DNA of 64,000 nucleotides from Macrostomum hystrix (taxonomy: Eukaryota > Animalia > Platyhelminthes), in NCBI GenBank assembly GCA_950097015.1, contig CATNEN010000024.1, positions 2,046,001 through 2,110,000 of the forward strand, in the 5' to 3' direction. The translations under genes were made by a program, and so were the position numbers. Shown piece by piece: positions 12,701 to 24,700 of the stretch; positions within the stretch are counted from its first letter, which is position 1; each line of letters starts with the position of its first letter. A model generated the notes under the pieces. It had not been told where the DNA came from. It was given only the letters and a program-made list of their open reading frames with translations, and did no database searches.

Positions 12701-15700
12701 GGAAGGATGTCGCGTTAGCCGCTAGACCGCTATCATTGGGCAGTGTCATCTGCGATTCAGCGATTCCAAGTCTGGTGATGCTGCACGAGCGTCTAAAGCT
12801 AACATAACTTGACGTCTGATCTACCATATACCCTAGGGTTACACTAGAGATTTGGAGCAGTCCTGCAGTAGTCATACTCTCGAGACGTCACATCCTCAAG
12901 AAGTTACATTCTTAAAACGTCCCACCCTCGAGACGTCACATACTTAATAGTCCCATCCTCGAGAGATCACATCCTCGAGACGTCACATCCTCAAGAATGT
13001 TACATTCTCAAAACGTCCCACCCTCGAGACGTCACATGCTCAATATGTCCCATCCTCGAAAGATCACATCTTCGAGACGTCATATCCTCGAGACGTCATA
13101 TCCTCGAGACGTCATATCCTCGAGACGTCATATCCTCGAGACGTCATATCCTTGTGACGTCATATCCTCGAGACGTCATATCCTTGAGACGTCATATCCT
13201 CGAGACGTCATATCCTGGAGACGTCATAACCTCGAGACGTAATAACCTCGAGACGTCCCATCCTCAATAGATTTTTCAGGTTCACTCTTCTTTCATAAAA
13301 AACAGAATGATTCGCTTTCACTGGTTAATATTTAGAAATGCAATACAATGCTAAAAATCGACAAAGTACGAGTAAACATGTTGTCGAATGCTCAAAATAC
13401 CTTAAACCATGACTAATCTAGAAATGTTAAAATTGGGAAACAATTTTCATGCGCATTTTCAGCTCCATATAGAGGCCAAGGTAATTAAATGTGTGTTAAG
13501 TACGAGTAAGAACAGTCAATGACTACTCGACAGACTCACCGGACGACCAGGCGGTGGGAAAAGACACCATCACACAGTTGTGCTCAAGACCGCCAAGGCC
13601 CGCGCTTTGCACCAGATGCTCGATGCCTTGTACTACGTCCTCAGAGACAATCATCTTGGCGATGCCCTTCACTCGCTTGGCCTTCATAACGGCGCGCAGT
13701 GCAGCCTTGGCCTCGCCCATGTCGGCATATTGATCGTAGACCCGGCCCTGGATGACGGAACCAACAATGGTCAAACCGCGGCCAGCCTTTAGTTGAGACA
13801 GCAGGTCCAGCAAACCGTCGTGTTTCGGCCTCAAGCTATCATCGGCCTCCAGGAGTACAAGCAGCTGAGGCCGCCAGTTCTTGGCGTGCGGTGGTTTCTC
13901 GTCGACAGACAGCAGGGCCTTCTTGGCTGCCGACAGTTGGAGCCCGTTGGTAGCATCACCCCACTCCATGGCGGCGCCTTTCCACTGCACGTAGAAATAG
14001 ATTGCGATAGCAATGACCATGGCCACGATGGCGAAGTACCAGCTGGACAGGAACATCAGGGCCAGGCAGAGCAGGAAGCCCAGGCTGGAGGTGGTCCAGT
14101 GGTAATAGCGGAAGCTTGGCCGCCAGCTGGGCTCGCCTAGGAGGCTATTGAGGCAAGTCGCCATGTTCACGAAGCCGTAGCACATCAAGAAGAACTGCGA
14201 GATCAGCGGCGTCAGCGAGTCGATGTCGGCAATCAGAACACCGGCGGCGCACAGCGACAATGTCAGGAGCTGAGCGCGCAGAGGTTCACCGCGACCGGTT
14301 GTAACTTTGAACGGAGCCAGGAAGGTGATCACACTGTCAGCAGCGATAGCCTGGAACAGACGGGGAGCGCCTGAAAAGTAGAGATGGGTTTGGTGAGTTG
14401 TGCTGTTGAGTTGCTTTAAACGAAAGCTGCCTAATAATTTTTCTTTTAATCCACCTTCTATCTATTATGTTGCTCTTATCAGTAGAAAGACCACACTATT
14501 TCCCCTCCCCAGAAGACCACGGGGGTACTTCAAATACCCACTGCCCACTTCACGATTGCTCCCAAACCGAATGACCGATTTTCGTGAAAGTCCACCTTAT
14601 GGATCAAAATTTTCCGCCCCTTACAATGATCTAATTCTTAAAGAAGTCTGACGTCAGCATCGTCGAGATATTCAGATATTCTAGTCGGAGACCATAATGA
14701 CAAGGACAACTAAAAGAAAATTCTAGCCTGTGTTATTGATTTTCCTGGCGATTGGTTGAATATTTTGTAGATGCAGAAAAAGGATAAATGTTGGCATTTC
14801 TACTGCTAACCCAAAATGCCACTGTAACTTCCCCATCTGCCCCACACACTCTTTGCATTGTCGCTAGGTAATTTTCTTACCTGTGAGACTCTGCAGGCCG
14901 GCTCCCACAGTGGACAGGCAGGAGCCAATCAGGATCAGCCACTCGGTCGGCCAGGCCATCAGAGCCGCAACCAGTTTGCCGTCGAGGCTTGAGCCGAACC
15001 TGAATTTCGATGTACACGAGTTGCATCCTTGATTCAAAGCAAGCATAGCAACTGAGGTATTCTTGCTCTGAATAAAAAATATTTTCCAGATTCTGGAACA
15101 GTCTGGGGAGTGTTTTGAAGACTTACACAACTAAAATAAAATGTGCATCGGGGCTTCTAAAAACTTTCCAAGAAACTTCATCATGGGAACGCTGGCAGCT
15201 CAATGGCGAATGGCAAACCGCCCAAGCCCAAATCCTAGGTCCCAAGGCCGGATTTGGTGATTCTTCAGACCCATGTTAATTTCCTAGAATTCGAGATTAT
15301 GCTCAGGGGGCGGGCCAGCAAAACCTGAGGCGGAGACTGGAAGAAGAGGATGAGGCGACTCACTTGTCTCTAAGCAGCCTGCCGTCAACGTTAGCAGCGA
15401 ACAGCAGTGTGGAGCCGAGGTCTGACAGTTGCCATTCGTGCGATGCAAGGAAAATCCGCTTACGCAGCGAAATGATGCACTGTCCCTGCTTCTATCAACT
15501 TCTGTCTCTCTGTTGGCAAATATTTTGTATTTTCCGGACTTTGCTTGCTTTTAGTGTAATAGAGATCACTCGTTTTTCTTCTTTTTTCATCGATTTTTTG
15601 GCTTCGAAATTAGCGCATGGGACTGGAATTCACTGCTTGAAGTTCCTAACTCTAACTCCATTCGCATTTTGATTTCTCTCGCAATTCACTCTCGTCGATT

Positions 15701-18700
15701 TTTCCTATTTTTGTCCTCAGTCATTAGGTACTAGCTGAGATGGCCTCGATCTGCATCGTTATTCTTTCTTTCTTTCCGAAACCTCCTCTCCTTCCTCTCT
15801 CCCCTTGCTCTCTCCCCATCCTCTCTCCCCTTCCTCTCTCCCCATCCTCTCTCCCCTTTCTCTCTGCCCTTCCTCTCTCCCTTTCATCTCTCCCCATCCT
15901 CTCTCCCCTTCCTTTCTCCCCTTCCTCTCTCCACTTCCACTGTCCACTTCCTCTCTCCCCTTCCTTTCTCTCCTTCCTCTCCCTCTCCTCTCCCTCTCCT
16001 CCCTTCTTCCTTCCTCTTTCAGTGTTTGATTACTTTCAATATACGAGAATGTTAAAATATAAAAGAACTTGACTACTCGAGTTCCACAAAGTGCACTGAG
16101 TCGCCGAATGCATTCTCTACAGAAAAAGGATACAGACAGCGGAGGTGACCAGAACGGCGCTGACAGTGCCCCGGGGAATCGAGATGTGCGGCTTGGCCAA
16201 GTCGCCGCTGCGATTCGAGCCTGCCATGATGCCAGTGACGCTGGGGAAGTAGATGCCGATCAGCATGATTAGAGAAGTGCTAATGTCAGCAATCGATGGT
16301 CCCTCGCCGCGCGCCTTGTCGCCCAGCTCCGGTGGATCCGAGTCGTACAGGTAGCCAGCCTCGGCGAAGTGTGACGGCCAGAAGTTTTGAAAGAAGACGC
16401 CGCTAGCAATGCCGGGTATGCCGGGGAACTCGCTGATCTCGCTGCGCTCGAAGTACTTGCAGGCGGCCGAGTCGGTCTGGTTCTGGCAGTAGAGGCGATA
16501 AACTGGCCCGTTTGGGTCCTTGGTGCACCACATAGTGCCATTGTCCATCAGGTCCTTGGTTCGGAGTAGGCGATTGCCCAAGGCGCACAGCTTCGGGCTA
16601 GTGCCAGCGTTTGAGACAAAGAAGCCGATGAGCAGGCTCAGGATGGAGATGAGCACACAGGCTAGCGAGATTGGCGCGACTTTGGACACAAAGCGAATGC
16701 CGATCATCACACAGATTCCCATCAAGAACAACAGCAGGATGCCAAAAACTCGCGCATTGTGGAAGAAGTTCTCGAATAGGGCCGCCTGAGGCACAATGTA
16801 CTTCTAAAATGGGGGAAGGGAGACTGCTTTTTAAAAGATCGATTTAACCAAAGTCTATTTTATTTATTTATGCTTCTATTTATGCATTTGAATCCTCATT
16901 AGGCGTGGTTGAGCCAGCTAAATGCCCAGTAGATTCTCTCAATCAAAATGTACATAGCTTTCTAACCCTAGACTGACTCCCACCTCGCCCCAATTCCCCG
17001 CTCGCGTTTGAATGTAAGTTGCTAAAAATAGATTATATGTACAGTTGTGCGTATCGATTATTTTTCCTAACCCTTGATTGACTTCTACCTCACGCTACTC
17101 TCATAAAGGCTACACACTCCAAGCGTGTGAATGTCCTTGCTTAAAACTATCCTTAAATGGACGTTGTGTACAGCCACGTCTCCTTTCTTACCTTCAACCC
17201 GAAGTAGCAGTAATAGGGAGGAACGCCTTAAACAAAGTAAGGCTTCGGTGCCAGAAAAAAATGTAACAGTACAAGTAAATAAGCTGCGGTCCGTTAAAAT
17301 CTGCTTATACACAAAAATTATGGCTAGGTTTGCCAGAAACTCAAACTTTGTAAGATAAGCTTATTACAAAGAAGATCTCAGGCCCAAATGCTAATCGGAG
17401 CAATCAGATTCAACGAGTTTTGCCGATAGCGATTTGGCCACGGGTTAACGTAAGTCCACACTAGAACCGCTGTCTGGAATGCCTCCTCTGTTCTATCTAT
17501 TATCTCTCTGGTTGTTTCTTTTTAGCTCCTATAAAAAGCTTTGGCAGAAAATAACAGCTTGCTGAAGCAGCGGCGGCAAATGAAGCCGAAAATTGACCGA
17601 TAAGGGCTGAGATAGCCGGCTAAATTGTATCTTGTGAGTGCCGTTTTAACTACAGCGCTGCCTGAAAGCCTAAAACCAGGGCTGAGGCTCACAGATAAGA
17701 GCTTGAGAACTAAACCCTCACCGCCCCGAACTGAACTGCTCGACAGCAGCGCAATGCCGTTTTGGCATTTTATTAACCGGCGCTGAGTCTATTTTATCAG
17801 CTTTCCAAAGCCTGCAGACCCTGGGAGCCCTTGGTACGGGGAATCGCTGTTAATTTGACAACTTGAAACGAGATTTCTACCACAAAAATCTGATTTTACA
17901 GATTTTTCCGTATCCACCACTCAGCCCAATTTATTTACTCCTCTCCCACTGCCCCATCTATCTACCGATCTCACACTGCCCCATCTATCTACCGATCTCC
18001 CACTGCCCCATCTATCTACCGATCTCCCACTGCCCCATCTATCTACCGATCTCCCACTGCCCCATCTATCTACCGATCTCACACTGCCCCATCTATCTAC
18101 CGATCTCCCACAGCCCCATCTATCTACCACCGTCGCCAGGCGCGAACTCACGATGGCAATCTCGATGGCGCCGACAATGTACATAGCGGCTGCCACAGTG
18201 TTGGCCAGATAGAACAGAATGCCAACAGCCGAGCCGAACTCCGGGCCCAGCGACCGGGAGATCATAAAGTAGGACCCGCCAGCTGGCACGCGACCGTTGG
18301 TGGCGATGGCCGACATGGAGATGGCCGTCAGCAGGGTGCAGGCGCAGCAGGCCAGCACGACCATGAAGGTCTGGAAGCCGCCAGCGACGCCGACAATCCA
18401 GCCGAGGCGGATAAACAGCAGCACGCCGAAGATGTTCTGCACGCAGGGGAAGAACACACCGAGGATTGTGCCGAGGTTCGCCGCCTTCTGCTCCTCGCCA
18501 CGGGCCTCACCGATGGTCGAATTGATGCCGGCGCGGTACTGAATCAGCTGGGTCAGCACCGAGGCCACGCGAGGGCGGCCTGTGTACTCCTCCTGGGCGC
18601 GGCGTTGGGTGAAAATCAGCGATTGATTGCTAGACTAGCCCCGATGCTGAAGTGTGATGGATTGCTAGACTAGCCCCGATGCTCTGAAGTGTGATGGATT

Positions 18701-21700
18701 GCTAGACTAGCCCCGATGCTCTGAAGTGTGATGGATTGCTAGACTAGCCCCGATGCTCTGAAGTGTGATGGATTGCTAGACTAGCCCCGATGCTCTGAAG
18801 TGTGATGGATTGCTAGACTAGCCCCGATGCTCTGAAGTGTGATGGATTGCTAGACTAGCCCCGATGCTCTGAAGTGTGATGGATTGCTAGACTAGCCCCG
18901 ATGCTCTGAAGTGTGATGGATTGCTAGACTAGCCCCGATGCTCTGAAGTGTGATGGATTGCTAGACTAGCCCCGATGCTCTGAAGTGTGATGGATTGCTA
19001 GACTAGCCCCGATGCTCTGAAGTGTGATGGATTGCTAGACTAGCCCCGATGCTCTGAAGTGTGATGGATTGCTAGACTAGCCCCGATGCTCTGAAGTGTG
19101 ATGGATTGCTAGACTAGCCCCGATGCTCTGAAGTGTGATGGGTTGCTAGACTAGCCCCGATGCTCTGAAGTGTGATGGAAAGTCTAGTCTTGTACAGTAC
19201 AATTCTTCACACAGACAGTTGAAACGCAGTACTCAGAGCAGATTCGCTACATTGAAACAATCTTCTGCATCTGACTTCTTCCAAATGGATCAAAATTTTG
19301 GTCCAATCAACTTTGGTGTGCTTAATGCTATATGAAGCTAAGAAAAAGAAAAAAATTTTAATGCAGACCCGATACGACAGTCGTTTGTCGGTCCTGCCTT
19401 TCGATCAGGATACGGCCAGTCCCTAAGCAGCAAATTCAAGCTGCTTCGATTTCCGTGGGAATTCCTTCAACCGAGCTACTCCTTCATTCACGGACTTACG
19501 AGATTAAAGCAAAAACAACACTCACTCGCGCTGGGCCAGCTCATTACAAACTGAGCAGGAGGAGTAGGGGGAGGGGCGAATTCCCATCCCCTACTCGAGT
19601 TTGCCGTCAGATTCCCAGCTTCTGGCGGATTAGGCGGCATCACGAATCTCTGGCTAGCCTACTAGTGGGACTGGGAGAGAGAGAGTGGATTAGGTACCGG
19701 CCGTGCTGGAAATCTGGCCATCGGTGGGGGGGGGACTTCGTCTCCTTCCCAAACTCCGCGAGCAGCGCTGTCGTGCACGAGTTTCCTTCCATCCGGGCCT
19801 GGCTCAGAATAAATAAAGTAGATTTTTTATTCGGAAAATTCTGGATAATCTGGCCAATAATGGCAGCTGTCATCGAACTGAACCAACCGAAGATGGTCTT
19901 GAAAGCAACGCTTGAGCGAGATTGGTAAACGACTGAAGCTTGCAAGCAGTTCAATCGGATAAACAGATTCTGTCCAGATCTGTCCTAATTGAATTTTTTC
20001 CCACGTCTTTGTGCCTCCTTTTCTGTGCTTACTACAAACGAGGGAAATGGGAAAACGATTAAGATTGGGGGAGATATAATTGGGGGGAGGTGAATGTGGT
20101 AGCTTGATTAGGCAGCGATCCTCTGTCTACTTTCCTAGAAAGGATTTTCCAGCACACACATGAGAATTGCCGAAATTCTTCAGATAGCGAGCGAGCAACA
20201 ACAGGGAGGAAAATTGAAAGCTTAACAGGCGCGGACATGACTCGCAGATGAGGGTTGCTAAGGACGCTGCTATTTAAATCACCCCCTTTCCCTGACCGGA
20301 ACTAGCTTCCTGTTCTCGAGACGAGGTTAAATGAGGCCCAAGGGACGGCGACGAAAGCTAGGTGGGGAAGCGGGAACGAGTTAAGGGGCCTAGGATCGCT
20401 TGAAGAAGGTTCTTGCATGGCGGCATCCTCACGCACATGTCGGAAGCAACCAGTTCAAACCAGATTTCCAATCCACAATCAAGCGACAATTATAAATCGA
20501 TCATTTGTGGAACGAGAATTCAGAAAGCAGAAATGGAAATTCAGTGTGTCCCTCGGGCGGCTTCGATACTCGTTTCTTATCTATCCATCGATATACCGAT
20601 GGCAGTGAAATTGCTCCCGGCTATGGGGAAAAAAGTGACGGCGCCCGAACGCATTTTCTCCTGACTAGGCTGTTTTCTATCCGCAGCCGCCCAGATCCAT
20701 GGCGTGGTGAAGTTCGTGGAACCGGCTAGTTCCGGTTCTGGTGCTGGCAGACGCTCCAGCAGCTATTTATGGAGGTGAAGGAGGCAGTGGCGGGGCAGGT
20801 GGGGTCCGGGGCCAGCGGAATTCTGTTCTTGGCTAATTGGCCATTCGGCTAGCCGGCTGGGAGACGGGATTTTAAGACAGAGAAGGGATTCTCTCTATCG
20901 GTGATGAGGGGTAGAGGGGATCGTCAATGAAGGAAATTGCTGGGCGAAAAAAACATTTCAAACACATCGAGCGACATTTGGCGTCGAAAATCTTTGTTCG
21001 CCGATTTAAGACGGTCGAGAAAATGACTGGTGGGACTTGAAATGCCATTTAGCGGCTTGATCTAATTTCTCTTAGATGTTTTCCGCGATTTCAAAACACA
21101 AACGGGTGATTTCAGCATAGGAGCATTACCTTGAAGAGGTCCAGGTCGTCCAGGTCCTCGTGGAGGGCCTCACCCTCCCTGCCCTGGCCGTTATCTTCAG
21201 CTGAAATTGAGTGACAGAGCGAATCGAGTCAAGCAATCAATCAGATTCAAGAATAAATAAATAAAGTGTCCTTAGATCGCTAACAGTTCATGAGATTCGC
21301 TATCAGATTAAGCCTCCAAATGCTGCATAACGGATTGGTTCTGGGCTCGCATTTCATTTCAGAAGTGCACATTTGTTATAGGCGTTAGCGCTGTCTGCCT
21401 CTGCCAGCCTGCACTCTTAATCATGCCGTTGGAAAAGTCTTACCCTGCCTGATTTACCCATGAACGATTCTATGACTCCCTCTTTTAACTATTTTTAGAT
21501 TCAGCTTTCAAAATAGTAGATAGAAAAATTACTGGTTGCAGAAGTTTGACGCGAAGCAAGACAAGAAATAACGTTGCTAATCCTATATCAAGATCCCGGA
21601 TCAAAGATGCGGGTTAGCTATGCATGCACGAAAAGGTAATAGAGAACAGCGAAAGGGTGGCAGCAGAGGCTGCGGTAGGCCTCGTCATCACAGTCAAGAT

Positions 21701-24700
21701 GTGGCTGAGGGGATGGATGGGCGGGCCCGCAGCATAGGTTAGGGGAACTGCTCAGAGGAGTAGGTGAGAGTAATGCCTGGCTTATGCCTCAGTGAATCCC
21801 AGGTTCATTTTCAGACACGCTCTCTTTCTCACTCTGTCTCGCCGCGTCTCTGAGACTTCACAGACACAGAGAGAAGTCGGGCAAGTCCTTCGAAGTCTTG
21901 AGTCTCACTAATCTTGGCTCGCGCACACTGGAAATTACTGCTGGCGTCGGCTCAAAGCTAAGCTCTAATCCAACTCATTAGCTCTTTAGCCAGCCGGGGA
22001 AGATGGGAAGGAAATGGGAAAACGCTGCAAATTCAGCAGCACGGCTCAGCCGGTCTCAAACGAGTCAATAATTTCAGATCTACGAGTACAACTGCGTGAT
22101 CATGAAACTCAGCTTGAAAGGAACAATCAAGCAAAGAAATTTCTCCAATACTCATAAAAACTGTTCTGATGCGGAATCGAAAACCCAGGTAAAAGGATAC
22201 GGAGCAAGCGGGCCGAACTCAGCGGATTTAGGGACGTCGCGGATTGGCCAGTTCACTCACTGCCGGAGCGGCCACGCAAGGTGTGCGCCAGGGCCACCAG
22301 AATGCTGCTCTTTCGCCTATGCGGAATCGGATGCACGTGAGGCGGCCCGCGACCGCCGGTCGACTCCGCAGTCGGCACCTTGTCTTCGTCTTCTGGTAGC
22401 GCCTCGATGTCCGGCGCCTGGTCCAGATGGGCGCTCATTGTTGATTTTTGGGAAACCCAATGTATCGGGGCACTGTCTGATAGCTGACTAATAGCAGGTC
22501 TGATTGCAGGCAATTCGATTGCACCGTCTTCTCTCTGTCTCTCTGTATCTGTCCAACCAGCAGCCGGTGGGAGCCGGGGTTATTTATCTGCGCCGATGCA
22601 GTTAGTCGGTTAGCGCTACGCGCGGCTGCGGTCCTCTCTCTGGACGGTCGCTGGTTGGCGAGCGCGCTCTAGCGGAGGTTGGGGAGGCCCCTAGATAGCT
22701 CCCAGTTTGCTCCTCCGGGTCCTCCAACAACCCGCCTCCGCCGCGTCTAACTAGAGAGTTCAGATCCACCGAAACCTTCGGACCTTAAGTGCCCTCCCCA
22801 CCAACCTGTCTCCTGTCCAAAGCTTGTGGGGATCCGACTTTGGGAGGTCGCAGTTCATGCAGAGGATGACTGAGACCTACTGGACCACACATAGCTATCC
22901 TCGGACGTCCACAGAGAATCACTGAAGGAGCTCTCGCTCAATCCCGGGCCCCAGCCGATTCGCCTGCGTGCACACGAGGCCCCGGGGCCAATCATGGCCG
23001 GGCAGGGCTGCAACTGGCCGTCCCCCGGGTCGGTTGTCAAGGAAGAAAGTTTCTGCTTGGCGACGCAACTTTCACTCTTCTCGCTGCTGAAGGACCGGCT
23101 CTCCCGCCGCCGGTCGCCGGTGGCATCTTCAGGTTCCAATTTACTTTCCGTTTCACTCTCCTCCGTCATATCCCATCTCGCTCTCTTCTTCCCTACTCGA
23201 CCTCGATCAGGCGTTCTCTGCTTCCGCATTTCCGTCTCGGTTCTTGCATGTTTTCCTGCTCCGCCCGCTCTGGCAAACACATTATTCTCCCCTACAGGAA
23301 GCCGGACAAGAAGAACAAGGAGCTGCAAGTTTGCTTTCTTTAGCCTGGGATTGGATGAAAATACTGGGCATTGGGTGGGGATGGAATCGGTGATCGTTAA
23401 AGAGTTGGGGTACGGCGACACGAGAGAAGCAAATAAGCAGGGCTGGTAAGCAGTTGTCGCGAAGGCGGAGAAACGGCAGATGAAACTCGCAACCAGTTTG
23501 ATCCGGTCTAAGGCGACGGGGGAAAAGATGCGGGAGCGGGGAGCCCCAGAATCCGCTCGCACCGAAAGCTTCATCAGATGTGGTATGGAATTAGCTGGCT
23601 GTGTCTGGGGTGGGGTGATCGGTGGTTCGCAATCCAGTTTTCTCCCCCAACTGATGCAATTAGACGGCCGGACAACGGGCCCAGGCCTAATTCCGTCAAA
23701 CTTCAGCCAGTCCTCCGCGTCGGAGGATGAGGCTGCACGGAGCAGCGAGATCGAGTTCCTATGAAGGCCTACTCAAGCAAGCTCAAGTGTGCCGAACAGG
23801 CTGGCTAATGGGCCCCCAGTGTAAAATCTCGCGCAGAGAAATGAGCCGCGATTCGATTCAATCACTGGGCCGACTGTTGCAGAAGAATCCGCCTGTCGCG
23901 CTTGACTTGTCAGAAACAGCTAACTGGAGATGGGAGCATTGCGCCAATCCCTGCCTCTAGGACAGGTCCGGGTGGGAGGATTTGGACGAAGGAGATTTCT
24001 CGGGATTTAGGAGGCTTCTGAGCTTATCAAAGGTTCGCTTCATAATCGAATGAGGGGCCGCATCCGGCTTCATCAGAGGAACAGATCTGCTTTTTTGTAT
24101 ACTTCTGCTTGCGGCCAGTGAACAACTGGGAAACGCCTGACACAGTTCGAGATGGTTGGGTAATAGCTGACACAGTTCGAGATGGTTGGGTAATAGCTGA
24201 CACAGTTCGAGATGGTTGGGTAATAGCTGACACAGTTCGAGATGGTTGGGTAATAGCTGACACAGTTCGAGATGGTTGAGTAATAGCTGACACAGTTCGA
24301 GATGGTTGAGTAATAGCTGACACAGTTCGAGATGGTTGAGTAATAGCTGACACAGTTCGAGATGGTTGGGTAATAGCTGACACAGTTCGAGATGGTTGGG
24401 TAATAGCTGACACAGTTCGAGATGGTTGGGTAATAGCTGACACAGTTCGAGATGGTTGAGTAATAGCTGACACAGTTCACTCGACTATGGAATATCGACT
24501 CGACTTTGGTTTTGGCTGCTTTTGAGAGCTCACATCAGAGAGAGAAGGAGGTGGGACGGCAGGGTGGTTGGTACAGGAAGCGGGGGGTTGCGGTTGGCAG
24601 ATAAAGCAGGAGCAGACAGCTCTGACAGAGGAGAGATCATAAAAAATAGGCCCCCCTAGGGAAGGCTCAAAAGCAGAAGAGAAAGAATGGCCAAATTCCC

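Noticed and set aside
18625-19178. 37-bp repeat as a CRISPR array
   Set aside because: Head-to-tail with no unique spacers, no cas genes, eukaryotic intron context
22855-23574. 239-aa minus ORF and overlapping 151-aa plus ORF
   Set aside because: No recognisable domain, begins at a non-ATG codon, lies in a GC-rich KCC intron; no phase-compatible splice sites found
24040-24085. Hammerhead ribozyme on the minus strand (CTGATGA plus GCCG/CGGC stem)
   Set aside because: The required GAAA after stem II is absent
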